A stretch of 64,000 bases of DNA from the NCBI RefSeq assembly GCF_035084215.1, contig NC_090340.1, positions 5,270,001 through 5,334,000 on the forward strand. Reading direction: 5' to 3'. Both the position numbers and the translations under genes were made by a program. The notes below the pieces were generated by a model, which was not told where the DNA came from, searched no databases, and worked only from the letters and a program-made list of their open reading frames with translations. Below are positions 37,839 to 49,929 of the stretch, in pieces. This DNA comes from Heptranchias perlo (taxonomy: Eukaryota). How positions within the stretch are numbered: position 1 is the stretch's first letter; every line of letters starts with the position of its first letter.

Positions 37839-38165
37839 CTCCAGTACTGGTAGAAAAGAATCGGAAGTCGGCTGCCGTTTGGACGGTGAGGTGAGATACC
37901 TGGCAGGTAAAAATAGTCCCACTCTCCAAAGAGTCTGCCTCTTCCAAAAAGCTGGACACTTCATAGAGACCTCTTGCATTCAGCTGTTTAACGGTGTATA
38001 TCCCGGTGTCAATGTTCACACCATCCTTGTGCCAAGTAATATTGATGTTATCTGGATGTTATCCGCAGTTTTACACATAACAATCAGAGAAGCAGATGTT
38101 GTGTGTAAAACCTCGTTTTAGATGTTCAGCCTCGTTGGAGGCAATATGCAGTGGGGTTGGGGGAA
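37839..38165 (-). pseudogene. C1-set exon (paralogue 2), frameshifted
   Basis: VPPTPLHI / SLIVMCKTAD / PDNINITWHKDG..GLYEVSSFLEE..TIFTCQVSH, then G|GTAAG. Confidence 0.9.
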
Positions 38166-38307
38166 CTGTATAACAAGTTACAGAAGAGGTTAGAAATTAG
38201 TAGAATATTTTAGAACGTAGGAAGTTATTCTATTTCTACTAGATCAAAGTCATTGCGATATTAATAATTTCTACACATCAAATGACATGTTCATTTATGG
38301 AAACGTT

Positions 38308-38388
38308 GGGTGAATTTTCAACTTTCTGTCTGGGCGGAATACAGGCGAAGCGGATCAATCACTCGGCGTCGAGTTGAAAATCAACCCC
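38308..38388. mobile_element. ~80-bp MITE-like element
   Basis: TIRs GGGTGAATTTTCAACT / AGTTGAAAATCAACCC. Confidence 0.5.
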
Positions 38389-38557
38389 ATTAACTTACAG
38401 AATACAATTTCTAACGAGACACTGGCAAGCTAAGCAATGATACCTTCTACATCAATGCTAGAAAAAATATAGATGGACGATAGAAAGATATGGAGAATCA
38501 TGAGACCACTGTAACAAATACATCTCTCAATATAACTCGTAATTAAGAGCAAGTAAA

Positions 38558-39364
38558 AATGGGTTCAATTGATTTTAGGGAGGACGACTGGTAGACGTTC
38601 ACTTGTAAACCTGACTCTTGACTGAGAACATGACGAATAACATTTATGCTTCGGTGACAAGTTAACTGTTGAATTCAAATGGTTATATCTCTCACTATGC
38701 AGCATTCTAGTTTAAACATTGGGTCCCTCTACGACGAGTCCCCCGCAACATTCCTGTTTGTCTATTGTGTACAGCTTTTCCTTTCTTCCAGCTTATGCTC
38801 TTCTTTTACCTCTGTTGTTAAACTACGCTTTAGCTGAATTTCAATGGGTTCAATTGATAATATAGTTTGCAGTACTTCACATTTTGACGTTCTAACTTTT
38901 TTAATTTTAAAGAACGATCGATTCACGATCAAATTGCTTTAATACTGTATATAAAAAAACAGATTGAAAAACATTCATCTCAACTGGAATATTTTGAAAA
39001 GTTGTCAGAAGTTTATTAACTTCCGAGGCAGTTTTAGAACGTTAGAGGGGATTTTGAAGTAGTTATTGAGAACAGTTTTGGAAAGGTTAAGTTGAAACAC
39101 AGCTAAAGCGTAGTTTAACAAGGGAGGTAAAGGAAGAACATAAGCTGGAAGAAAGGGAAAGCTGTACACAATAGAAAAACAGGAAAGTTGCGGGGGACTC
39201 GTCGTAGAGGGACCCAATGTTTAAACCAGAATGCTGCAGAGTGAGAGATATAACCATTTGAAATCAACAGTTAACTTGTCACCTAAGCATACATGTTATT
39301 CGTCATGTTCTCAGTCAAGAGTCAGGTTTAATAGTGAACGTCTACCAGTCGTCCTCCCTAAAAT
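38558..39364. repeat. ~273-bp inverted repeat (arms 38572-38844 and 39092-39364); left arm flanked by a 16-bp direct repeat
   Basis: Direct reading. AATGGGTTCAATTGAT occurs at 38558-38573 and 38843-38858. Confidence 0.92.
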
Positions 39365-39858
39365 GCATTCTACTCAGTTAAACCCAGCAAATGATGTACC
39401 ATCGTCGTAGTGAAATGAGATTTATTTCGCTCCGTGTGTTGATTTAAATATTGTTTTCTTTGCTAATTATCAATAATGTATTTGTAACGATATTAATGTT
39501 TCAGTAATGTTGAACCTCATATTCCTTACTAGGTGCATCTTAGTAGAAGCAATTAAATAAAATAATCAATGGCAAATATATGTCACGTTCAGTCCTTGGT
39601 AGCATTATATTTGAATGTCATTTTAATGAACGTTATATTGCAGTGCTGTCCATTCCAAAATGTTAATTAATTCGAAACGTGTATACATGAAGCAAGGCAC
39701 TGAATAAGAATTAAAATGTAACTTCCAAAAGACGCAATGCAAACTCGTGAATGCCCCATACCTGGATCGTGATAAAATATTAAAAAGCAGCCGGTCCCGT
39801 TTTTGTTTTTTTCGCTATCCAAGTTTGTGAAATAATTTCAGGTAGAAATTCCACTTAC

Positions 39859-40178
39859 CGTGGATAAGAAGTTTTGATCCAATTCCATTAGCAATCCGAC
39901 CACCCGGATATTTCACTCCGCAGTGATAAACTCCAGAGTCCTCAGCACTGACATTCAGGAACTGAAGAGAGGCCGCACCTTTCTTCAAAGGAAGAAATCG
40001 TTTTCTGCTGTTTGAACCTAACTGCAGAAACTCATTTTCGCGAATTTCCACCGGTAAACACTCACATTTGAATTATCGTGAAAAAGAGGGAACACACATT
40101 GAAAAGTAATGTTTCCACCTGCGATCACGTGAGCACTTTCAGGGGCTTGGAACACTCTCATCTGCGCATCTGCAACAG
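39859..40178 (-). pseudogene. V-set exon with germline J-like end (paralogue 2), 1-nt deletion
   Basis: VFQAPESAHVIAGGNITFQC..VYRW / ASLQFLNVSAEDSGVYHCGV..NGIGSKLLIH then G|GTAAG. Length 320 nt, one short of a multiple of 3. Confidence 0.92.
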
Positions 40179-40449
40179 CTGTGAGAAAATAAATGCAGCA
40201 ATAATTATATATATCGCACACACACTGCTTGCGGACAATAATTATCAACCTTTGGTAGTAAGAAGCATTTGCAGATGATTCATTGTAATCTTTGAGGCAA
40301 CTATATATGATATTACAAGCCTTAACTGTGCTGTCTGCAATTAGTTCATTTTACTCAGTGAAATCCATAGTATTTAATGTGCCTTACTACCTAATTTCTA
40401 TTTTAAAAGTAACCTGATATGTAGCGCAGACCACAACTTTAAATGTTGA

Positions 40450-41750
40450 GTTGTACATGCCTTCTCTGACAGATGTTGAAGGTCTGATGGATCAAACATG
40501 GAGCAGATCAACTGAGATTTGGCTGATACAAAGCAGGGATTAAGTTCTTGAGGTAACTCCGGGGCGAAAGGACTTCATTGAAAGATTTTTCTTGTATTAT
40601 GTTCTTTTGTCCTGGCAATACATCCGATCACCATATTCACTTTGACAATAGTCTCGTGGCACTGATCATAAATTATGGACTATAACCATCACGTCTTTCT
40701 CCCACGAAATATCCTTGAGCATACCAGCCGGCATCGTGCATAAATGGGGTTGATTCTATCCAAGTGCATGTCGCTATATGCGTCCATATTAAAATATATC
40801 TACCAGACACGGTTCATTATTTCATTGAATCTAAATAGGTCTGCAGTCATATTTAATTTTATCTAAGGTCCTGATATCCGGACATATGTTCGTGCAATCT
40901 ATATATTTGCAGATAGCTTCCACTATGCCTCTGCGCAGATAGTTGATGCATAATGCAGTGGTCCTTGCATTAAGCCATTAATAACTCTCTTCTGTGCCCT
41001 GAATGTAATAAACCCAATCAAAATCCACTTGCTGATCCTACAAGATCCAACCTGCGTTAGTAGCCTTTTATGCAGAATTCTAGGAAACTATTTTTAAAAG
41101 TTTAAATGCACAATATCAACATGGCTTCCATCACCTTCCAAATTTGTAAATTATTGGAAAAATGCAAGCAAGTTGTTGAGACAGAACCTTCTTTTTCAGA
41201 AGCCATGCCTGGATTCCCTAACAAGCCTTTCTCTTTTAATGGGATAGTACAGCGCATATCTAATGATCCCACAGTTTCGAGGTTCTCACTTTGTGCCATT
41301 TGACATATAGGTACCACATGGCCCCTCACGGATCCATGGGAACAATCCCACACAGGAAAGAACTTTTAGTTATGTGTGCAAATGGCTAAAATAACATCAT
41401 CCACATTTATTGGAACACTCTCGGGTGAATGCCTTCAGCGCCAGCATCCCGATCTGATTCACCACACTAATTGCAGTAAGGACTGCATCCGTATGCAGAT
41501 CAACAGGTTCACTTTTAACATCAGCCTCATGTTTTATTATGGGTAAAACGGCATCAGTGTCAGCAGTGTCAGATGCTGTCAGATGCTAAGATCCCAGCTG
41601 AATCGTTCAATGGTCTTGTCCATTCTTTGATGAGCCTATCATGTTTACCATAGCTGAAAAAGAACTAGCTTTACTACGACGCCTTTTCACTATATTTTTA
41701 CCTGTGCCCTTGTGGCTAATCAGTCAGCAACTTTCATTTTCGCTAATGCA
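40450..41750 (-). mobile_element. Ancient CR1-like RT remnant
   Basis: Decayed HGF.K.RFCLNNLLAFF and VDIVHLNF.K.F.RILHKRLL at ~41060-41210. Confidence 0.6.
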
Positions 41751-43364
41751 CGAACCTCGGGGCTTAAATAATCTTGGATTTGTGAACGAAAAAACCCCCA
41801 ATAATAACGAGAAACAACTAAAAAACATACCATAAAACACAAGAGATGAATAGAAATGTTGAACACAGGGAAATACCTGTATATGTAATCTCCAAGACAA
41901 ATATCCAGGGAAGTATAAACATGTTTAGAAATGGAATTGACTGCATGCTATGGTTTGGCGCCAATCTCTGATAGTTTGCAAACACTGGCTTACTTAGGGC
42001 AACATTCGAATGGAGAGATGATGACGCATGCGGCTCAATCTGTGCTGTCAGAGCGGAAAATTGTTTTAAGAGATAAGATCTGTGCACGTAGTTATGTGTT
42101 TATGGTGGGCTATAACCTCAACACAACAGTATTTAATCCCAAGGCTGTAGCATCAGCAAATATCTTTAAGGAACTAGAAGGATCACACCTTTGATGGAAT
42201 TCATTTTCTCGACAACAAAGTCAACACGATTGGCTGACCTCATACAGCGCCATATATCTTCATGTACATTCAACTAACTTTAGGAAAAATTGCTAGCGAA
42301 CCGCCATCCATAAAGCGAACGGCAGTCTCAGACTTGCACCTCAATTACAATACACAAAAGAAGCGCAATAAATACTGTCGGTTCTGCCTGGCGTTGCGAT
42401 TAATGACCATAGATCTTTGTGAGTTTGTGTTTAGCATTTTGCGGTCTGTCTGTTTAAGTCCTGAAGAAATAAAATGAGTGTCATGTCGCATAGATTGAAC
42501 AATAAGACAGGCCATATAATTCATAAGACATCAATTGATTCAATTCAGCGAGCGGGCCAGAAACAGCAAAGTAAGAACGAAACAAATGTCCAAAAAGTGT
42601 TAAGAAATTTCAGACATTGTGTGAAGGCGTACCAGTGGAATTTGAATCAATAAGTATACAGGTGAGTAGAATTAATCTGCTGTTTAATTGAATCAATATC
42701 TCAGCTTTTCAATATATGTTGAAGGATTGTGTAGAATTGTTCCAGGCAATAACCACATGCGTGTCTACATCATGTGTTGCAAATACAGTGTCGGAACTGC
42801 CGGTACACGGAAATGCACGAATAAACCATTGCCTTTCTTTACTCCGAGGCTTATTATTTAATCCACATTCAACAATGCAATCAAATAAAGCAGAAATCGC
42901 AATTCAGTTGAGGCCCAAAAGGTCATCTGCTTCTTGTTCAATGTATGGACGGCCAGACCTGCAAATGCATTTTATTCGGATACGTGAGTTGCAGGCACCA
43001 CAGTTTAAAACTACGACTGTTGCAGATGAATTGTTTCATGCTCTTAACCAAATATCTTTTTAACCGACATCATGGGTTGTAATGTCGTGTTGTTATTAAC
43101 TGAGAAACAAACTGGAAAGCATATCAAAGATCAACAGTCAAACAGTTATTCCATTTTCCTGTATATTGATCGACGTATTATCACATTAAACAATCTGTAC
43201 TTTATCCAACAATCTACTTGATCAAGCACGGAATCATCCCCAAAAGGCAACAAATTTGAGAGAAAGGAGCTCATTCAAGGTCTCACAACATGGTCATTGA
43301 AATATCATTGCAATAAAGATGCTCGAACATCTGGACAAAGATTCCTCTGTTTTAAGAATGAACT

Positions 43365-45070
43365 GGCCCTTTGTGCCTGTGCCAGCTCTTTGAAAGAGCT
43401 ATCAAATTAATCCCAAACCCGTAATCTTTCCCATACCCCTGCCAAAATTTCCTTTTCAAGTGATTTATTTAGATTGTCAGCAGACCTTTGACAACGTCCC
43501 ACATAAGAGGTTAGTGTGCAAAATTAAAGCACATGGGATTGGTTGTAATATATTGGCATGGACTGAAAAATGGTTAACAGACAGGAAACAGAGAGTAGGA
43601 ATAAATGGGTCTTTTTAGGGGTTGCAGACGGTGACTAGTGGGGTACCGCAGGGATCAGTGCTTGGGCCCCAGCTATTCACAGTATATATCAACGATTTGG
43701 ATGAGGGAACCAACTGTAATATTTCCAAGTTTGCTAAAGACACAAAATTAGGTGGGATCGTCAGATGTGAGGAGGATGCAAAGAGGCTTCTGGGCGATTT
43801 AGACAAATTGATGTTGTGGGCAAATACATGTCAGGTGCAGTATAATGTGGATAAATGTGAAGTTATCCAGTTCAGAAGGAAAAACAGAAAGGCGGAGTAT
43901 TGCTTAAATGTTAGCTGATTGGGAAATGTTGACGTGTTTAGGGACCTGGGTGTCATTGTGCACCAGTCACTGAAAGCAAACATGCAGGAGCAGCAAGCAG
44001 GTAGGAAGTCAAATGGTATGTTGGTCTTCATTGCAAGAGGATTTGAGTACAGGAGCAAGTATATCTTACTGCAGTTATACAGGGCCTTGGTGAGACCACA
44101 CCTTGAGTATTGTGTGCAGTTTTGGTCTCCTTACCTAAGAAAGTATATACCTGCCATAGAGGGAATGCAGCGAATGTTCACCAGTCTGATTCCTGGGATG
44201 GAAGGACTGTCGTATGAGGAGAGGTTGGGTCGACCTGGCCTGTATTCACTCGAGTTTAGAAGAATGAGCGGGGACCTCATTGCAACATATAAAATTCTGA
44301 CAGAGCTAGACAGATTGAATGCAGGGAGGAGGTTTTCCGTAGCTGGGGGTTCCATAAGGAGTGGTCACATTCTCAGGATACGGGGTAGGACATTTAGGAC
44401 TGAGATGAGGAGAAATGTCTTCAATCAGAGGGTGGTGAACCTGCGGAATTGTCTACCACAGAAGGCTTTGGAGGCCAAGTCACGGAATATATTTAAGAAG
44501 GAGCTCGATAGATTTCTAGACGCAAAAGGCACCAAGGGGTATGGGGAGAGAGCCGGAATATGGTATTGCGATAGAGGATCAGCCATGATCATGTTGAATG
44601 GTGTAGCAGGCTCGAAAGGCCGAATGTCCTACTCCTACTCCTATTTTCTATATTTCTATGTTTACCCAATTCCAGTTTGAAAGTTACTATTGAATCTGCT
44701 TCCAGCACCCTTTCAGACAGTGCATTCCCGATCAAAACAACTCATTGCATAAAATATATTTCATCTCGCCTCCAGTTCTTTTGCCAATTATCCAAGATCT
44801 GCTTCCTCTGGTTTCTCCTTATTTACTCTGTGAAAATCCCTCATAATTTTGAACACATCTATTAAATCTCCCCTTAAGTTTCTTTGCTCTCAGGAGAACA
44901 ATTCAACCTTCTCTCGTCTCGCCACATAACTGAAGTCCTTCATCCCTGGTATAATTCTGGTAAATCTCCTTTGCACCATTTCCAAGGCCTTGACGGAAGT
45001 AAAGTGTGGTCCCCAAAATTTGGCACAATAGCTAATGCATAACCAATGATTTATAAAGGTTCAGATTAGC
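43365..45070 (-). mobile_element. CR1 3' fragment (pieces 43365-43462 and 44661-45070) split by an opposite-strand CR1
   Basis: Same tail as 25015-25600; the pieces rejoin as CCTTTTCAAGT..TTTACCCAATTCC. Confidence 0.78.
43463..44660 (+). mobile_element. CR1 LINE, 5'-truncated
   Basis: GVPQGSVLGPQLFTVYINDLD..ISKFA, plus ORF 43919-44680 with LYRALVRPHLEYCVQFWSP and a complete tail. Confidence 0.93.
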
Positions 45071-47955
45071 TTCAGAATCAAGAGGAATTTAAACATGTTT
45101 ATTAATAAAGAATCTAAGAATTCCTGATTAAATGAGAAATTAGCTTCTTAGAATAGAGTAATGTTACAGATCGTTATGCATCCAGGCCGAGGCTAATAAA
45201 TCGCGACAAGATAAATGATAACTACGTAGTGATTGCAAACCAGATGGATCATATTTCTGGTAATGTGAATTTAACAATAGTTGGGCAATAGTAAAAGTTG
45301 CTGGGAAATTCTTATGAGTGGGGTAATTGGCACTGACGTCAAAGTTGGAATAATCCAGTCAGCTTGAACTTAAAAGTAATGATGAATAGGATTTTGCCAA
45401 TTTACTTATTATGTGGATGGCAAAGCAACTGCCATGCGTTGAAACAAAAGAAAATTATGTTTATATTTAGCTGCTCCATGGCTGATTTGGTACTTCGGAT
45501 TAAGCAACTTCATCACAGATTCGAAATTAGATCTTAGGGCGCATTTAAACGCAGTGTTGGTGTCCTGTCGAGCAGTCTGGCCTTAGTTTCTATCCTAAGT
45601 CTGCGTTTTCTAGACTGCGGTTTAAGGCCTGAACTGGGCGGACGCCAAGTAGGGTGACACGCTCATTATCACCACACTTTGCTATTGGGTCAGGTTTGGT
45701 CGTGAATCCAAAGTAAGGCTGCATTTGCACTTTGGACCGATTTCCCTGTGTGGCCTGTGTCCAGGGCCTAAAGCCAATCAGCCAATTACACAGCAGCAGT
45801 CAGGCTCACTCAGGATGTAAGAAGTTCAGACATCCGTTGCCCCGTCTTCCCCCATAGACCCTCCAATCTTAAAGTGTCTAGAGAAAAGTCCCATTCCCTG
45901 TCTCTTCGTGATAACCTTGCAACTGGGTGCCCAACTGCCGAAGCCACAGGAAGATGAGTTGAGGGCAGGTACATCTTATTCTGACGCATTGAAATCCGTA
46001 TATTACAGGTACACGTCATGCTTTCTCCATCGGGTAAGCCGCAGAAATCCCTGGCTCCGTAGAGGAGGTAATTTTACGGGTGTATGCCATTTTTCGTGAC
46101 TTTGCAGTGTGGGAATGGGCGTTCGCTGGGGGCTGATCGCAGAATTATTGGCCCAACACTAAATTTTGCTTTCTGGTACGATCGTTTTGCTTTTTTTCTC
46201 GGGATGCAGCTGATATTTGCAAGTTGAATGTTCTCCTTATTTGTAATTGTCCTGAGAATGTGCTGATGGACCTTCCTCTTTAACCACTTCAGTCATTGTG
46301 GTAATAATGCTGCCGTGATCATTTAGGTAGGTGGTTGCGTGTTTTGGGGTTTTTCAGGTTTAAGGTGGTGAATCTGCTGCCAATCAAGTGGACTGATTTG
46401 TCCTTGATGGTGTCGATTTTCTTGATTTTCGTTGCAGCTTCATCCATCTAGGCAAGTGAAGGTTATTCTATCACACTGCTGGTTTGTGCCTTGTAGTTGG
46501 TGCAGAGACGTTGAGGAATCAAGAGGTGAGCCACTTCCTGCAGAATAACCAGCGGTTGACCTGTTCTGGTAGCAAACACATTCATGTAGTTGTACCAGTT
46601 GAGATTCTAGGCAATGGTGACCCCCAGGATGTTGACAGTGGAGTATTCGGCGATGGTAATGCCATTGGTTGTCAAAGGGAGGTGGTTAGTTTCTATCTTG
46701 TTCAAGGTGGTCGTTGCCTGACACTTGACTGGTGCGAATGTTTCTTGCCACATAGCAGCTCATCATTGCTGCAAGCTGGTATGGACTATTTCAATATCTG
46801 AACCATTGTTAATGGAATTGAAAACTGTAGAATCATCAGTGGACATTCCCACTTCTGATTTTCTGATAGTAGGGAAGGTCATTGAGGAAGCAGCAGCACA
46901 CAGTTGGGCTAGTACACTGTCCTGAACAGCAAATGCAGCGATGTTCTGGTGCTGCAGTGTTTGGCCTCGAACAACCAAAACCATTTTCCTTTCTGCCAGG
47001 CATGACTCCTGCCACTGGAGAATTTTCACTCTGATCCCCATTGAACTTTGGTTTCACTAGGGCTCTTTGGTGCCGCACTCGGTAGAATGTTGCGTTAATG
47101 TCAAGTGCAATCACCCTCAACTCACCTCTGAAATTCAGCGCTTTTGTTCACGTTTGGACCAAGGCTGTAATGAGGCCTGAAGCCGAGTGCTCCTGACCGA
47201 ACACAAACTGAGCATCGGTGAGTGGGTTTTTGATCAGCAAGTGCCGCTTGTTCGCAACTAAGGACGACCCCTTACATCACGTTGCTAATGATTGAATGCA
47301 GGCTGATTGGACGGTAACTGGGTGGGTTAGATTGCCTTGTTTTTTCATGGACAGGACATATCTGTGCAATTTTCCACATTGTGTGACAGATGCCGGTGTT
47401 GTAGCTGTACTGGAACAGCTTGACTGGAGGTGCGGCTAGATATGGGTCATAGGCCCTCGGCCAGGATGTTGTTGGGAACCGTTACCTTTGCTCTATCCAG
47501 TGCGCTCAACCCTTTTTGATATCACGTGGAGTTAACCGAAAAGGCTGAATACTGGCTCTGTGAAGGTAGGGACCTCATGAGGAGGGCGTGGAGGATCATC
47601 CAATCAACACTTCTGGCTGAAGACGGCTGTGATCGCTTCAACCTTGTCTTTTGCACTCAGGTGCTGGGGTAAACCATCATTGAGGTTGAGGACGTTCATG
47701 GATCCTCCTCCTCTCGTTTGTTTGATTAAATGTCCACCACCATTCGCGAATGGATATGGCAGGACTTCAGAGATTGGATCTGATCCGTTGGTTGTGGGAA
47801 TGCTTAGCTCTGTCTATAGCATTCAGCTTCTACTATTTTAGCATGCGTGTTTTATCCAGTTTGGCACCTCGTTTTGAGGCACCTCTGGTGCTGCTCTTGG
47901 CATGCTCTTCTACGCTACTCCTTAAACCAAAATTGTTAGTCTGCCCTTGATGGTG

Positions 47956-48078
47956 TCGAGATGCCGGTGATGGACTCGTGTTCACAAATGTAAGGAATCT
48001 TACAACACCAGGTTATAGTCCAACAGTTTTATTTGAAAATCACAAGCTTTCGGAGGCTTTCTCCTTCGTCAGGTGAAG
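47956..48078 (-). mobile_element. Penelope-like terminal fragment nested in LINE-B
   Basis: Flanked by TGATGGTG at 47948-47955 and 48079-48086; contains a hammerhead core. Confidence 0.75.
48039..48078 (-). ncRNA. Minimal type I hammerhead ribozyme motif
   Basis: UCAC-CUGACGA-A-GGAG(AAAGC)CUCC-GAAA-GCUU-GUGA: conserved core, stem II, palindromic AAGCUU helix III, stem I UCAC/GUGA. Confidence 0.7.
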
Positions 48079-49929
48079 TGATGGTGATGGGGGAGTGAGG
48101 GTTATGCCGGGCCATGGGATTACAGATTGTGGTGGAATAAAACTCTGCTGCTGACGCACCACAGGGCTGCATGAATGCCCAGTTTTTTTTAAGCTAGATC
48201 TGTCTTAATCTATCCCAATTACCGTGGTGGTAATGTCACATAACACGATGGAGAGTGTCCTTAGTGTGAAAAAGGGACTTAGTCTCCATAACGTCTGTGC
48301 GTGATCACTCCTAACAATACTGCCATGGAGAGATGCATTTGCGACAGGTAGAGTGGTGAGGGTGACGCTAGGTAGATTATTCCCTAGTGTTGCAAAACGT
48401 CTCTTGATTATTGATTTAGTCCTCTGGATTACTCGTCCAGTAACATAACCACAACAGTAACGTACCCGATTTTTTCCATGCTATAATCAACAGCTTCTTT
48501 CCAAATACCAAAGTTCTTGTCAATAAACTGCAAGGGCACCATCTACTGCTTGCAAGTAAATATTTCAAACAACATTATAGTTTTGTCATGCCCATCAACT
48601 TACAGAAATGGCTACTAACTTATAGAAAAAACACAAACTTTTCTCACCCCTGTGTCTGCACTACTGCCTGTATGAACTGGTCTTGTACCTACACTAATGT
48701 TACAACAAGATCCCACTTATGGCTGTAAGAATGTAGGCTGTAATAGCTCATTAAAAGCTTCACGAGATGCTCCTGGTTGTCGACCTTTGGGAGCTCGGAC
48801 CTGAGAGATCCCAGATGGAGACTGTCTGATCTAATTTGCTTTTTGACACAAGGTTTCAGGGGGTTGCGAGCGTACAGAAGTGTGGCCACCATGAGATAAT
48901 GTTCCATTCCCATCGAAGGACTAATGCTGATACTGCGCTGTAGCTCTGCGCACCTACTAAACTGTCGGAGTGCAGACTGTAGAAGATCGGTGATTTGACT
49001 GAATCCTCTATCTATTTGCCATCCCAGCTGCCCAATGCATTGCGATGGTTGAGCCCAGAGCTTGCATGCCCCCAGTCTGAACAGCCCTGAGAAATGCAGT
49101 TACGAGTGTCGCAGACTCCTGCAGCGTCGGACTCAACTGTATTGGCCATGGTAGTGATCACACAACTCTATGATGGACAGCAGAGAATCGATGCCATGCT
49201 TGCAAACTCCACACAAGTTGACAGTGAAATCCACCAGAATGTCGAGATCTATTTTTATCAGTCCAATGTGTAAGAACAGATATAATAGGTAGAACAGCCA
49301 GCACAATATTGAGCTGGAAAACCGTAGTGTTAGAATTGATTAATTGAGCTATAATAGTCGGTGCAATGCAAAGGTACATTCAGTCTGACATTGAAGTGTG
49401 GGAAGATACAGGGAAGAATAATTTTACTATGGCTTGATGCCAGAACATCTGGTTTTAGATTGGGATTATGTGAGAATAATAGACTTGCTTTGTAATAGAT
49501 ATCTACAAGAGATAAGGAAGTGAAGGGATTATGGTAAAATGCAGTCAGCAATGGGAGAAGTTTACGAGAGAACAATAAAAAGATGGTCATATCCGTCACG
49601 CGTGTGCATATGTACTACTGAGATAATAACGGTAATAACGTGAAGTTATAACTAAAATGCATGCACGCATTAACGACACGTAACGAAAACGCACTTACGT
49701 ATTATCCTTACACCTGAATTACATCGTTAACCCGATAGTGGTACAGCCCACCAGTACAGTTTAGGGACTCTTACTAGTCTCGTATTGGGCTAGCGTGAAC
49801 TGCTAAGCATTCTTCGCTTGCGACGCACCTCATGATTTTTCTGCTCATAAGGATTGTGATGACGATCTCATGAGCATTGCATGTACAGAGTTATATTAGT
49901 TTCATTCACCAATCGACATTGTTAATCAG

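Larger units (their letters stand above)
34120..40310 (-). pseudogene. Ig-superfamily VJ-C1-TM-ITIM inhibitory receptor paralogue 2 (SIRP/NCR3-like architecture), pseudogene with near-complete exon set
   Basis: Putative leader ~40250-40310; V 39859-40178; C1 37839-38165; TM 36410-36523; cytoplasmic exons 35284-35327, 34538-34591 and terminal exon from 34366. AG/GT boundaries and compatible phases. Confidence 0.88.
46215..48466 (-). mobile_element. LINE-B copy, degenerate, with tRNA-like head at its 5' end
   Basis: ALDINATFYRVRHQ and MSTDDSTVF motifs; colinear with 5066-7050; head at 48415-48466. Confidence 0.85.

Noticed and set aside
23230-40178. Rearranging TCR/IgL V segments
   Set aside because: Both V exons already include the J-like strand and run to a splice-donor position. 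No CACAGTG heptamer/nonamer RSS follows them, and the ITIM tail is unlike TCR/Ig.
43919-44680. 253-aa ORF as a functional gene
   Set aside because: It is the C-terminal part of CR1 ORF2 in a 5'-truncated copy.
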